Assembly (NCBI GenBank): GCA_037189525.1
Contig: JBBCJC010000002.1
Location: 1,056,001-1,120,000, forward strand
Direction of reading: 5' to 3'
Source: Gemmatimonadales bacterium
GTDB lineage: Bacteria; Gemmatimonadota; Gemmatimonadetes; Gemmatimonadales; GWC2-71-9
Length of the DNA stretch: 64,000 nucleotides
Part shown: piece after piece, positions 1 to 9,907 of the stretch
How positions within the stretch are numbered: the stretch's first letter is position 1
How the letters are laid out: every line of letters starts with the position of its first letter
Made by a program: the position numbers and the translations under genes
The notes under the pieces: model-generated
Database searches by the model: none
Told to the model about the DNA's origin: nothing
The model's input: only the letters and a program-made list of their open reading frames with translations

Positions 1-1053
1 GTGTGGGCGGGTTTGGGAATGGTGACGACTCCCGAGGAAGCACGACAGCGGGTCCGGGCTGCCTATGCGCTCGGCGTCCGTGGCTCGGGAGAGTCTGCGT
101 TGCGCGGTTCCGTAGAGGCGATTGAGGCGGGGCTTCAGGAGATGCGCAAGCTCGGCATGCGGTCCAACTGGCACATGTCGCAGCCGTTCGCGGTGCGCTT
201 CAATGCGCTCGACGCGGCCCGGGTGGGACTCGACGGGCTGACGCACTGGTATGCTCTAATCGAAGCGCTGCTCGACGAGCAGTCGCTGCAGCGATATCCG
301 GACGACTACGACTGGGGCGACGTCCGGTCGCGCTTCCGTCAGTCGGGCCGTTTCTGGAAACAGGCCGCCAAGCCAGGCAGCCCGCACTGGAACAAGGTGC
401 TGGACGAGTTCCGCGCCCTCGACTTCACTTTTGAGCCTACCTTCAGCGTCTACGAAGCCAACCGCGATGTGGTGGGCGTGAGCCGTGCCGAGTGGCATGA
501 CGAATACCTGCACCCCGCGCTGCGTGACACGTACGTGCCTAACACCTCTGGTCTCTTCTCCCACTTCTACGACTGGACCTCAACCGACGAAGCCGAGTGG
601 CGGACCAACTTCCAGCTCTGGATGGCCTTTGTCAATGCCTACAAGAATCGCGGCGGTCGGGTCGTCGCCGGCACGGACGCGGGATACATGTGGACCGTGC
701 CGGGCTTCAGCTACATCCGAAACCTCGAGATGCTGGAGGAGGCGGGCTTCTCGACCCTGGAAGTGCTCAGCTCGGCGACACTCAAAGGGGCGGAGCACCT
801 GCAACTGGCGGATCAGCTGGGCACGGTAGAGGTCGGCAAGCTGGCCGACTTGGTTGTTCTCGAGCGTAACCCGCTCGACAACCTGAAGGAGTTCTATGGG
901 ACGGGCTACATCAGCCTTCGGCCCGACAGCACAATCGGACGCATTGGTGGTGTTCGGTACACGATCAAGGACGGGATCGTTTACGACGCGAAGGCTCTCC
1001 TGGCCGATGTCCGGAAAATCGTCACGAATGCCAAGAATGCTCGCCGCCGGTAG
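1..1053 (+). CDS. Amidohydrolase family protein (5'-truncated by window edge)
   Basis: C-terminal amidohydrolase signatures AGTDAG and GTVEVGKLADLVVL-NPL. Confidence 0.85.
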   Translation: MWAGLGMVTTPEEARQRVRAAYALGVRGSGESALRGSVEAIEAGLQEMRKLGMRSNWHMSQPFAVRFNALDAARVGLDGLTHWYALIEALLDEQSLQRYPDDYDWGDVRSRFRQSGRFWKQAAKPGSPHWNKVLDEFRALDFTFEPTFSVYEANRDVVGVSRAEWHDEYLHPALRDTYVPNTSGLFSHFYDWTSTDEAEWRTNFQLWMAFVNAYKNRGGRVVAGTDAGYMWTVPGFSYIRNLEMLEEAGFSTLEVLSSATLKGAEHLQLADQLGTVEVGKLADLVVLERNPLDNLKEFYGTGYISLRPDSTIGRIGGVRYTIKDGIVYDAKALLADVRKIVTNAKNARRR

Positions 1054-1054
1054 C

Positions 1055-3394
1055 ATGCCTCACCGAAATGAGCGCGGCAGGTCCGTAGGCCTGCTCGGGT
1101 GGTATACGAGTCGAGCTGCGATCGTTGCGGTGATCCTGCTGCCCGTCGTAACGGTCGCAGCTCACCCACAGGGGGGAACCCTTGCCGATTACGCCCGCGC
1201 CGAGGCATTCATGAGCCTTGATGCCAAGGTCGTGGGCGTGACGGCCACGACGCCGCAATGGATCGGTAGCAGCGATCGGTTTTGGTATCGTGTGACGCGC
1301 TCCCGGGGACACGAGTTTGTTCTAGTTGATGCAGAACGGAATACAAGCCAGCCGGCATTCGATCATGCGCGACTTGCGGACGGGATAGCTGCGGAGCTGG
1401 GAGGTCGTCATGTGGCGGACTCGCTGTCGCTGAGTATGCTGGACCTGCGGCCGGACGAACGGGTCCTCCGTGCCCGTGTGGCGGGCCGCGACATTGCGTG
1501 TGATCTGGTGGAGTACGTTTGTCGGGTTGAGACCTCGGTCGTTCGCCCCGGCGAGATCATATCGCCGGACGGTCGCTGGGCGGCGTTCGTACGTGACTTC
1601 AATCTCTATGTGCGTGCGCTCGATTCGAGTGCCGAGATCCAGCTCACGCATGATGGCATCGCAAGTTTCGGGTACGGATATACGACCGAGTCGAGCCTGC
1701 TCTCGGTTTCTCGGGCTCGAGCAGGGCAGCCGGATCCGGCGCGGGTGCTTTGGTCGCCGGACTCCCAAAAACTGCTGAGCTATCGAGTCGACGAGCGCCT
1801 TGTACCGGAGCTTCCTTTCATCGATATGGCACCCGGCGGGCGATACAACGTGCGCCCGAAGCTCTATACGGCACGTGTTGCGTTTCCGGCCGACAGTGTC
1901 ACGGCAACCGCAGAGCTGGTGGTCTTCGATGTGCCGAGCGGCCGCCGGATCGATGTCCGAGACGAACCGTTGTACGTCAACTACGATCTGATCCGGTTCA
2001 ATCTGCTGAGGTGGAGCAAGACCGGGAAGACGGTGTTCTACTTCCGCGAGGAGCGGGGGTTTCATCGGATCCAGCTCTATGCCGCCGATGCCTCGACGGG
2101 CCAAGTCCGCCGGCTGGTGGAGGAGCGAAGCACGTCGTACTTCTGGCCCGGATTCCATCAGGGGCAATGGGGAGTCGCAGGCGAAGGAGAGGAGGTGATC
2201 TGGCCGTCGGATCGGGACGGTTGGTTTCACCTCTATCGCTACGATGACCGTGCTGGCCAGGTCGCGAGGCAACTCACTTCCGGAGCATGGCGAGCAAAGG
2301 AGCTTCAGCACGTGGACGCGGCTGGTCGATGGGTCTATTTCCTGGGTAACGGACGCGAGCCCGGACGTGATCCCTACTACAGTCATCTCTATCGGCTGCG
2401 GTTCGACGGCACGGCGCTGCAGCTCCTAACCCCGGAGAACGGTCACCACCAAGTCACCTTCTCGCCATCGGGGAGGTACTTCATCGACCGCTACTCCCGG
2501 ACCGATCTGCCGCCGATCACGGTCCTGCGGACGCGCGACGGGAAGCTGGTGCGCGAGCTCGAGCGGGCCAACATCGGTGCGCTACTGGCGGCGGGATGGC
2601 GGGTGCCGGAGCGGTTTCACGCCAAGGGACGCGACGGAACGACCGACATTTACGGCGTGCTCTACCGGCCTGCCAACTTCGACTCGACGAAGCGATACCC
2701 CGTGATCGACTTCATCTACGGCGGGCCGCAATCGATCCACGCGCCGCGCATGTTCACTGCGGGTGAAGCAATCGCTGAGCTGGGATTCCTGGTCGTGCGG
2801 ATCGACGGTATGGGCACACCTGGACGGTCGAAGGCGTTCCAGGAGTTGTCTTACGGAGCTGGCTTCGCTGAGGGTGGTGGCTTGGAAGACCATATTGCAG
2901 TGCTAAAGGCGCTGGCGACACGCTACCCGTATCTCGACCTGAGTCGAGTCGGCATCTACGGACACTCCGGTGGCGGCTACAGCTCAGCGCGGGCGCTGTT
3001 CGACTATCCGGATTTCTTCAAGGTGGCGGTGTCCTCGGCCGGTTCGCACGACCAGTACCTCTATCAGTTGGAGTGGGGAGAACGGTTCATCGGCCGCCCC
3101 GGGGACGACCCTGCGGCCTACGCGCTTCAGGCCAACAGCGGCCGTGTCGCCAACCTCCGGGGAAAGCTCCTCCTGGCGCACGGCGACATGGACGATGATG
3201 TTCACCTCGTCAACACGATGCAACTCGTTCATGCGCTCGTGGTGGCGAACAAGGATTTCGACCTGATGATCCTGCCAGGCCGCAACCACTCCACTATGGC
3301 GAGCGACCGCTACTTCGTGCGCCGGCGCTGGGACTACTTCGTGCGCCACCTCCTTGGTGTCGAGCCTCCACCAGAGTACAAAATTGGCCGGTAG
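1055..3394 (+). CDS. S9 family peptidase, dipeptidyl peptidase IV-like, secreted
   Basis: DPP IV N-terminal propeller (SPDGRWAAFVRD); GHSGGG nucleophile, DDDV Asp and RNH His; start placed at the ATG just after the upstream stop. Confidence 0.9.
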   Translation: MPHRNERGRSVGLLGWYTSRAAIVAVILLPVVTVAAHPQGGTLADYARAEAFMSLDAKVVGVTATTPQWIGSSDRFWYRVTRSRGHEFVLVDAERNTSQPAFDHARLADGIAAELGGRHVADSLSLSMLDLRPDERVLRARVAGRDIACDLVEYVCRVETSVVRPGEIISPDGRWAAFVRDFNLYVRALDSSAEIQLTHDGIASFGYGYTTESSLLSVSRARAGQPDPARVLWSPDSQKLLSYRVDERLVPELPFIDMAPGGRYNVRPKLYTARVAFPADSVTATAELVVFDVPSGRRIDVRDEPLYVNYDLIRFNLLRWSKTGKTVFYFREERGFHRIQLYAADASTGQVRRLVEERSTSYFWPGFHQGQWGVAGEGEEVIWPSDRDGWFHLYRYDDRAGQVARQLTSGAWRAKELQHVDAAGRWVYFLGNGREPGRDPYYSHLYRLRFDGTALQLLTPENGHHQVTFSPSGRYFIDRYSRTDLPPITVLRTRDGKLVRELERANIGALLAAGWRVPERFHAKGRDGTTDIYGVLYRPANFDSTKRYPVIDFIYGGPQSIHAPRMFTAGEAIAELGFLVVRIDGMGTPGRSKAFQELSYGAGFAEGGGLEDHIAVLKALATRYPYLDLSRVGIYGHSGGGYSSARALFDYPDFFKVAVSSAGSHDQYLYQLEWGERFIGRPGDDPAAYALQANSGRVANLRGKLLLAHGDMDDDVHLVNTMQLVHALVVANKDFDLMILPGRNHSTMASDRYFVRRRWDYFVRHLLGVEPPPEYKIGR

Positions 3395-3506
3395 TTGACG
3401 CCGACCTCGAGTGGAAGCGGATCTTGCCATCCTCCAGCGACGAGGCCTACTCTTCCTGGTATTATTCTGGCTGGACACGTCATGTCACTACGAGAAGGGC
3501 GGGAAC

Positions 3507-4427
3507 ATGAACCGACAAATCCTCGGCCTTGCGGCCTCGGTGCTGTTCGCTTCCGCGGTAGTTGCGCAGCAGCGCGATCCGATCATTCGCGAGGGTGTCA
3601 CAGTCAAACTTGGCCCGCACACCTACGCGATTCCCGACGACTGGGTCAGCATGGTGCCCAACGTGGGCATCGTGGTCGGCAGCCGCGCCACGCTGGTCAT
3701 CGATCCGGGGATGGGGCGGCGCAACGGTGAGATCGTGCTCCGCGAGGTCGCCAAGGTCAGCCGGAATACCGAGCTCTATGTGGTCTCGACCCACTACCAC
3801 CCGGAGCACACGAGCGGCTACCTCGCCTTTCCCGCCAACGCGCGCTACATCAACTCTAAGACCCAGGAAGCCGAGTTTGCGGAGCTCGGCAAGGAGATGA
3901 TCGACCGGTTCGCCACCTTCACGCCGGTGACGGCGGAACTGCTGAAAGACGTCACCCGGCGGGTCGCCGACATTACCTATGAACGCGAGTACCGGCTCGA
4001 CCTGGGCGGCGTGACGGTGCGCATGGTCGTGGTCGGCCCCACACATACCCGGGGCGACACCGGTTTCTTCGTCGAGGGTGACGGCGTCCTCTTCGCGGGC
4101 GATGTCGTAATGAACCAATCGTTCCTCGCTGCCAACCAGGCGTCGAGCACCTCGGCGTGGCTCACTGCATTCGATACCTTCGCAGCATTCCGACCCACCA
4201 CGGTCGTGCCGGCGCACGGTCCGATCGGCGACGGCTCCATCATTGCGACGCAGCGGACCCTGGTCCAGCGGATCCAATCGCGCACCCGCGAGCTCAAGGC
4301 CCAGGGTCGCTCGGCTGACGAGACGGCCACTATCGTCCAGAAGGAACTCCAGGCCGAGCATCCCGACTGGCCCCGAGCCAGTGGGATCGCCGCGCTGGCG
4401 CGCTCCTCGTGGAGCGAATCCCGATAG
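3507..4427 (+). CDS. MBL-fold metallo-hydrolase with signal peptide
   Basis: THYHPEH (HxHxDH variant), HTRGD, FAGD and PAHG motifs; hydrophobic N-terminus. Confidence 0.85.
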   Translation: MNRQILGLAASVLFASAVVAQQRDPIIREGVTVKLGPHTYAIPDDWVSMVPNVGIVVGSRATLVIDPGMGRRNGEIVLREVAKVSRNTELYVVSTHYHPEHTSGYLAFPANARYINSKTQEAEFAELGKEMIDRFATFTPVTAELLKDVTRRVADITYEREYRLDLGGVTVRMVVVGPTHTRGDTGFFVEGDGVLFAGDVVMNQSFLAANQASSTSAWLTAFDTFAAFRPTTVVPAHGPIGDGSIIATQRTLVQRIQSRTRELKAQGRSADETATIVQKELQAEHPDWPRASGIAALARSSWSESR

Positions 4428-4509
4428 ATTTGTCCTGCCGAGGTTCGGGGCGCCATGCCCCGAACCGGTTCCACTCGCAGCCCTGCCATTCCTTGCGGAG
4501 CTTGAGCCG

Positions 4510-7500
4510 ATGCTCGCTTTGTTCGTTGCCCACGCGTTCGTTGCGATGCCCGCTGTCACGGCGGCGCCGATTGCCGTTCAGGACACGGCCCGCCGTCCCG
4601 CGGCCGGCCTCCCGCTCCAGGCGGGTACCCGGTCGTTCCGACTCAGTACGACACGCGGCACCTGGATGTCGGTCGACATCACTCCGGACGGTCGCACCCT
4701 CGTATTCGATCTGCTGGGCGATCTCTACACCCTGCCGATTGCCGGCGGTCGCGCCGTCAGACTGACCAGTGGCCTGGCCTTCGATGCGCAGCCTCGGATC
4801 AGTCCCGATGGAAAGCGCGTCGCGTTCGTCTCCGATCGGAGCGGGTCGGACCACGTCTGGACCATGTCACTCGACGGTCGCGATACCGTTCAGGTCACCC
4901 GCGGCAGTCTCCAGGGTGTCACCTCGCCGGAATGGACACCCGATGGTTCGGCCATCGTGGTTACCCGATCCGGTGGCGGTCCGGGCCAGCCCAAGCTCTG
5001 GCTCCATCATGTCTCCGGCGGCAGCGGCGTGCAGCTGATTCGCGAACCTGCGCAGCGATTCACGCTCGGCGCGGCGTTCGGTCCGGACCCGCGTTACATC
5101 TGGCACACCTTCCGGAACGGCGGCTTCAGTTACGACGCGCGATTCCCGATCTATCAGATCGCGGTCTACGATCGCGAGGCGGGCACGCAGACGGTCATGA
5201 CGAACCGCCAGGGTTCGGCGTTCCGCCCGACCCTTTCGCCCGATGGGAAGTGGCTGGCGTACGGCACCCGGTATAAGACGGAGTCGGGCCTGCGCCTGCG
5301 TGAGCTCGCGACCGGAAACGAGCGCTGGCTGGCCTATCCGGTCCAGCGTGACGATCAGGAAGGTTCGTCGTCGCTCGACGTGTTGCCGGGCTTCACCTTC
5401 ACGCCGGATTCGCGCGAGGTAATTGCGTCCTATGGCGGTGAGATCTGGCGAATCCCGGTCGCGGGTGGCGCCGCGTCGAAGATCCCGTTCCAGGTCGATG
5501 AGGACATCACCATCGGTCCCGAGGTCAAGTTCGCCTATCGGGTCGACACGGGGGCGGTGCAGGTCCGGCAGATCCGCGATGCCGTGCCCTCTCCGGACGG
5601 AACTCGGCTCGCCTTTTCCGCGCTGGGCAAGGTCTATGTCATGGACTACCCGAACGGCACGCCGAGACGGGTTTCGAACCTGACGGAAGGGGAACACTAT
5701 CCGGTCTGGTCGCCGGACGGCGCAGCGCTCGCGTTCGTGACCTGGAACGATCGAGATGGCGGCCACATCTATCGGGTGCCGGTGCGGGCCGCCGGTGCTG
5801 CGCAGCGTCTCACTCGTGTGCCCGCCCGTTATGCGCAGCTGGCGTGGTCACCCGACGGACAGCGGATCGTGGCGGTCCGGGCCGCCGCGCGCGACATGCA
5901 GGAAACGCTCGAACGTTTCGGCGCAGGGTTGGGAGCGGAGTTCGTCTGGATTCCGGCGACCGGTGGCGACGTGTCGGTCATCGCACCAACCGGTGGAAAA
6001 CAGGCCCCGCATTTCGGCAGTGCCGCCGACCGGATCTACTCGTACAGCGGCGCCGACGGTCTCGTCTCGATGCGCTGGGACGGCACCGACCTCAAGGCCC
6101 ATCTCAAAGTCACCGGGTCGTCGCCGCCGGGCGCGGCCAACCCGCCTTCGGCCGGCCTGATTCTGATCTCTCCCTCGGGCGACCGGGCGCTGGCGCAGGT
6201 TGGCAGCGATCTGTATGTCGTGACGGTGCCGGTGGTCGGCGGTCAGGTACCGACGGTGTCGGTTGCCGATCCGGCCAACGCCGCGTTCCCGGTGCGCAAG
6301 CTGACCGACATCGGCGGCGAATTTCCGGCCTGGGAGCGGAACGGGAACGCGGTGCGCTGGTCGGTGGGCAATGCGCACCTCCGGTTCGATCTGGCGCGGG
6401 CGCAGGCGCTCGATGACAGCTTGCGAGCCGCGCGGAATGCGCCGGCCGACACGACGCGTCGCGAGCGGCCGCGCTACCGTCCCGACGAAACACGCATCCG
6501 GATCACAGCGCCGCGCGACGTGCCCCAGCAGAATCTCGTCTTGCGAGGGGCGCGGGTCATTACGATGCGCGGCAACGAGATCGTCGAGAACGCCGATGTC
6601 GTGATTCGGAACGATCGGATCGTCTCGGTCGGGCCGCGGGGCGCGGTGCCCGCAGGCGCGCACGTGATTGAGTTGAACGGTAAGACCATCGTGCCCGGGT
6701 TCGTCGATGCGCATGCGCACTACCGGCATTCTCCAGGGATCCACTTCGGCCAGATGTGGGCCTATCTGGCCAACCTGGCGTACGGTGTCACCACCTCGCG
6801 CGATCCGCAGACCGCCACGACCGACGTGCTCACCTACGGTGATCTGGTGGAGACGGGGCAGATGATCGGTCCGCGGATCTATTCGACCGGTCCGGGCGTG
6901 TTCCTGGGCGAACAGATTCGCAGTCTGGACCATGCTCGCGACGTGATGCGCCGTTACAGCCGGTACTACGACACCAAGACGCTCAAGATGTATATGAGCG
7001 GGACTCGGCAGCAGCGGCAGTGGATCATCATGGCCGCGCGGGAACTCGAGCTGATGCCGACGACCGAGGGCGGGATCGACTATGCGCTCGAGATTACCCA
7101 CGCGCTCGACGGGTATTCGGGGGTCGAGCACTCCCTGCCGGTCTATCCGATCTTCGAAGACGTGGTCAATCTGTTCAAGCACAGCGGCACGGTGAATGTG
7201 CCGACGCTCGTGGTGGCGTACGGCGGACCGTGGGCGGAGAACTACTACTACGCTACCGAGCGGGTGGCCGACGACCCCAAGCTGATGCGGTTCCTCCCCG
7301 CGGCCGAGCTGGATGCTCGGGCCCGGCGGCGTGGCGGCAATCCCGGTACGTCCGGGTGGGTTCATCCGGATGAGCACATCTTTGCCCGGCACGCCGAGTT
7401 TGCCAAGGCGCTGGTCGAGGCGGGCGGCAAGATCGGGGTTGGTGGGCATGGCCAGTTGCAGGGGCTGGCCTACCATTGGGAGCTCTGGTCGATTCAGGCC

Positions 7501-7800
7501 GGCGGAATGTCACGGCACGATGCCCTGCGCGCCGCCACACTGATAGGTGCGCAGGCCATCGGCCTCGAAACGGACATCGGCTCGTTGGAGCCCGGCAAGC
7601 TGGCGGATCTGGTGGTCCTCGATGCCAACCCGCTCGACGACATCCGGAACTCGAAGACGGTTCATCAGGTTATGCGCGGCGGAAAGCTCTACGACGCTGG
7701 AACGCTCGATCAGATCACGCCGGCGGCCAAGCCGCTGCCGCCCCAGTGGTGGCGGGAATATGCGCCGACGGACGAGCCTGGGTATCGCCGGGTGCATTAG
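4510..7800 (+). CDS. TolB/PD40 beta-propeller plus amidohydrolase fusion protein
   Basis: Repeated SPDG propeller motifs, then PGFVDAHAH and GSLEPGKLADLVVLDANPL. Confidence 0.9.
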   Translation: MLALFVAHAFVAMPAVTAAPIAVQDTARRPAAGLPLQAGTRSFRLSTTRGTWMSVDITPDGRTLVFDLLGDLYTLPIAGGRAVRLTSGLAFDAQPRISPDGKRVAFVSDRSGSDHVWTMSLDGRDTVQVTRGSLQGVTSPEWTPDGSAIVVTRSGGGPGQPKLWLHHVSGGSGVQLIREPAQRFTLGAAFGPDPRYIWHTFRNGGFSYDARFPIYQIAVYDREAGTQTVMTNRQGSAFRPTLSPDGKWLAYGTRYKTESGLRLRELATGNERWLAYPVQRDDQEGSSSLDVLPGFTFTPDSREVIASYGGEIWRIPVAGGAASKIPFQVDEDITIGPEVKFAYRVDTGAVQVRQIRDAVPSPDGTRLAFSALGKVYVMDYPNGTPRRVSNLTEGEHYPVWSPDGAALAFVTWNDRDGGHIYRVPVRAAGAAQRLTRVPARYAQLAWSPDGQRIVAVRAAARDMQETLERFGAGLGAEFVWIPATGGDVSVIAPTGGKQAPHFGSAADRIYSYSGADGLVSMRWDGTDLKAHLKVTGSSPPGAANPPSAGLILISPSGDRALAQVGSDLYVVTVPVVGGQVPTVSVADPANAAFPVRKLTDIGGEFPAWERNGNAVRWSVGNAHLRFDLARAQALDDSLRAARNAPADTTRRERPRYRPDETRIRITAPRDVPQQNLVLRGARVITMRGNEIVENADVVIRNDRIVSVGPRGAVPAGAHVIELNGKTIVPGFVDAHAHYRHSPGIHFGQMWAYLANLAYGVTTSRDPQTATTDVLTYGDLVETGQMIGPRIYSTGPGVFLGEQIRSLDHARDVMRRYSRYYDTKTLKMYMSGTRQQRQWIIMAARELELMPTTEGGIDYALEITHALDGYSGVEHSLPVYPIFEDVVNLFKHSGTVNVPTLVVAYGGPWAENYYYATERVADDPKLMRFLPAAELDARARRRGGNPGTSGWVHPDEHIFARHAEFAKALVEAGGKIGVGGHGQLQGLAYHWELWSIQAGGMSRHDALRAATLIGAQAIGLETDIGSLEPGKLADLVVLDANPLDDIRNSKTVHQVMRGGKLYDAGTLDQITPAAKPLPPQWWREYAPTDEPGYRRVH

Positions 7801-7893
7801 GACAGATTTCCGCGCCAGTGCATTGAAGCAGGGGTCTCGTTGTTGAGCCGGACGAGATCTCGATCACCCTAAGGATCTTGGTACCTTTGCCTC

Positions 7894-8154
7894 ATGCCTG
7901 AGATCTCCAGATTCCTCGGCATCGTGATCCGAATGTACTTTCTCGATCACGAGCCACCGCATTTTCACGCGAGCTATGCGGGTTCAGAGGCACAGGTGCG
8001 AATTACCCCCGTCGGCTTGCTGAATGGGACCTTGCCGCCTCGCGCCTTGGCGTTGGTTGTCGAATGGGCTACGATTCACCAGGCAGAATTGTTGGAAAAC
8101 TGGCGCCGGCTGCATGCGGACGAGCCGCCGACGAAAATCGCGCCGCTGGAGTAA
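7894..8154 (+). CDS. DUF4160 domain protein (putative type II toxin)
   Basis: MPEISRFLGIVIRMYFLDHEPPHFHA is typical of DUF4160. Confidence 0.85.
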   Translation: MPEISRFLGIVIRMYFLDHEPPHFHASYAGSEAQVRITPVGLLNGTLPPRALALVVEWATIHQAELLENWRRLHADEPPTKIAPLE

Positions 8155-8157
8155 GTC

Positions 8158-8448
8158 ATGCCCCTTCATCCCCGCATCACCAAGGTTATTGTCACCGGTC
8201 CTTTCCAGGTCTTTCTCGATTTCACGGATGGCTCGCGCGGCGTCGTAGATCTCGCTCCCTTGATCGGCGGCCGTGGTGGAGTCTTTCAACTACTTCAGGA
8301 CCCCGCCTACTTCGCCACGGTGGCGGTTGATTCGGATGCCGGTACAATCGTTTGGCCCAACGGTGTGGATCTCGATCCAGACATGCTCTACGAAGCGGCC
8401 CACGGTGCGCCTGTCGGCGGGCCTCGTGGCGACGGCGAGGTCCAATAA
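8158..8448 (+). CDS. DUF2442 domain protein (putative antitoxin)
   Basis: FTDG...GTIVWPNGVDLDPDMLY motif; 3 bp after the DUF4160 gene. Confidence 0.85.
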   Translation: MPLHPRITKVIVTGPFQVFLDFTDGSRGVVDLAPLIGGRGGVFQLLQDPAYFATVAVDSDAGTIVWPNGVDLDPDMLYEAAHGAPVGGPRGDGEVQ

Positions 8449-8451
8449 CGG

Positions 8452-9735
8452 TTATCGGAACGTCCCCGGGCTGAACTCGTAGACGAGCTGCGGCGCCCCG
8501 ACGTCCTCTTCGGGAGTCCAGAATCCCAGTTGCTCTGCCCAGCGATCCATGCGCAGGCGTCGGCCCCGAATAGTTAGAAACCCAGCGGCTCGATCGGTGA
8601 TGACGCCCAGCTTGCGGAGGTCGCTCACGCCGCGGATCAGTGTCGACCGCCGGCTTGCCACGATCCGGCGCGCAGCAACCGGGCCGATGCCGGGTACTCG
8701 CACCAGCTCCTCATAGGACGCTCGCTCCACCTCCATCGGAAACGACTCGGGTGAAGCGAGCGCCCAACTCACCTTGGGGTCGCGCGCGAGCGGCAGATTG
8801 CCGCGTTCGTCGTAGACGATCTCACCCGGCGCGAAGCCATAGTCGCGAATCAGATGGTCGGCCTGGTAGAGGCGCTGCTCCCGGAGCGCGGGCGTGGCTT
8901 TGACCTCCTCCATCGGCGTCTCGCGAATCGGCCGGAACGCGCTGAACTGCGTGTGGTGCATGCCCCCCTTGGCATACAGCCCCGTGATGGTATCGATCAG
9001 GGTGCGATCGCTATCGGGCGTGGCGCCGACTACGAACTGGACGGTCATGCCCGCGGTCGATCCGGGGTGCAGCGGATCACGCGGCCGGCCCGATCGCTCC
9101 GCAGCCTTGCTGTCGGTGACGACGCCGCGCGCCAGTTCCAGGCTCGTCATGGCAGTGGAGAGGTGTTTGTCCGGGGCAATCCGGAGCAGGTGGTCACCGC
9201 AGGGCGCTTCGAGATTGACCGAGACGCGATTGGCCAGCTGCGCCAGGCGTTCCACTTGAGCCGGTTCGCCGCCGGGGACGACCTTGGTGTGGATGTAGCC
9301 GGTAAACCGGTGCCGCTCCCGCAACAGCTCGAGCACTTTGATCAATTCGTCCATCACGGCCGTCGGGCGACCGGGAATGCCCGTCGTGATGAACAGGCCG
9401 CTGCACCAGCCGCGACGAACCGCGCCCAGGAAGATCCGGACCAGCTCCTCCGCCTTGAGCAGGGTGCGCGGCAGGTTCCGATCCCGCCGCATTGGACAGT
9501 AGTGACAATTGAAGCTGCAGGCATTGGTCATCAGGATCCGGAGCAGGGACGTGGTGGCTCCCGTCCCCATGCGCACCGAGCGGATGTTGAGCGGCCGCAG
9601 CACGCCCGATTTGTCGGCATTGCGCAGTCTCGGCGGGAGCGAACGCGGCGCGCCTTCGCCGGGGCCGGCGCGGTCGTCGGCCGCCAGTGACATGAGGAGC
9701 GCGATCTTGGCTTCGAGGTCGGCGGGCTGCTTCAT
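8452..9735 (-). CDS. Putative DNA modification/repair radical SAM protein with C-terminal helix-hairpin-helix (TIGR03916-like)
   Basis: LMTNACSFNCHYC, REQRLYQADHLIRDYGF and VPGIGP HhH motifs. Confidence 0.85.
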   Translation of the reverse strand: MKQPADLEAKIALLMSLAADDRAGPGEGAPRSLPPRLRNADKSGVLRPLNIRSVRMGTGATTSLLRILMTNACSFNCHYCPMRRDRNLPRTLLKAEELVRIFLGAVRRGWCSGLFITTGIPGRPTAVMDELIKVLELLRERHRFTGYIHTKVVPGGEPAQVERLAQLANRVSVNLEAPCGDHLLRIAPDKHLSTAMTSLELARGVVTDSKAAERSGRPRDPLHPGSTAGMTVQFVVGATPDSDRTLIDTITGLYAKGGMHHTQFSAFRPIRETPMEEVKATPALREQRLYQADHLIRDYGFAPGEIVYDERGNLPLARDPKVSWALASPESFPMEVERASYEELVRVPGIGPVAARRIVASRRSTLIRGVSDLRKLGVITDRAAGFLTIRGRRLRMDRWAEQLGFWTPEEDVGAPQLVYEFSPGTFR

Positions 9736-9763
9736 CGGCTGCTTCCTGCAGGTTGTCCGATCA

Positions 9764-9792
9764 ACGATACCCGAACAAAACCCGAATCTCAA
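9764..9792 (-). promoter_or_regulatory. Sigma70-type promoter with a direct repeat in the spacer
   Basis: Minus strand reads TTGAGA-17 bp-TATCGT; the spacer is TTCGGGttttgTTCGGG. Confidence 0.6.
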
Positions 9793-9850
9793 GGCCGCCG
9801 GATTCCCTGACGAAGGATGGCTGGAGACCGGGCATAGCCTGCAGAAGCAA

Positions 9851-9885
9851 ACCGGCGACTGGAGGAAATTCCGCCAGTCGCCGGT
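9851..9885 (-). terminator. Hairpin downstream of aqpZ, probable intrinsic terminator
   Basis: Inverted repeat ACCGGCGACTGG...CCAGTCGCCGGT followed by TTG on the minus strand. Confidence 0.65.
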
Positions 9886-9907
9886 CGAAAAGCGTTCGGA
9901 TGTTACG

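Noticed and set aside
9795..9900. Possible riboswitch upstream of the radical SAM gene
   Set aside because: The main hairpin is explained as the aqpZ terminator and lies upstream of the predicted promoter; no aptamer consensus recognised.
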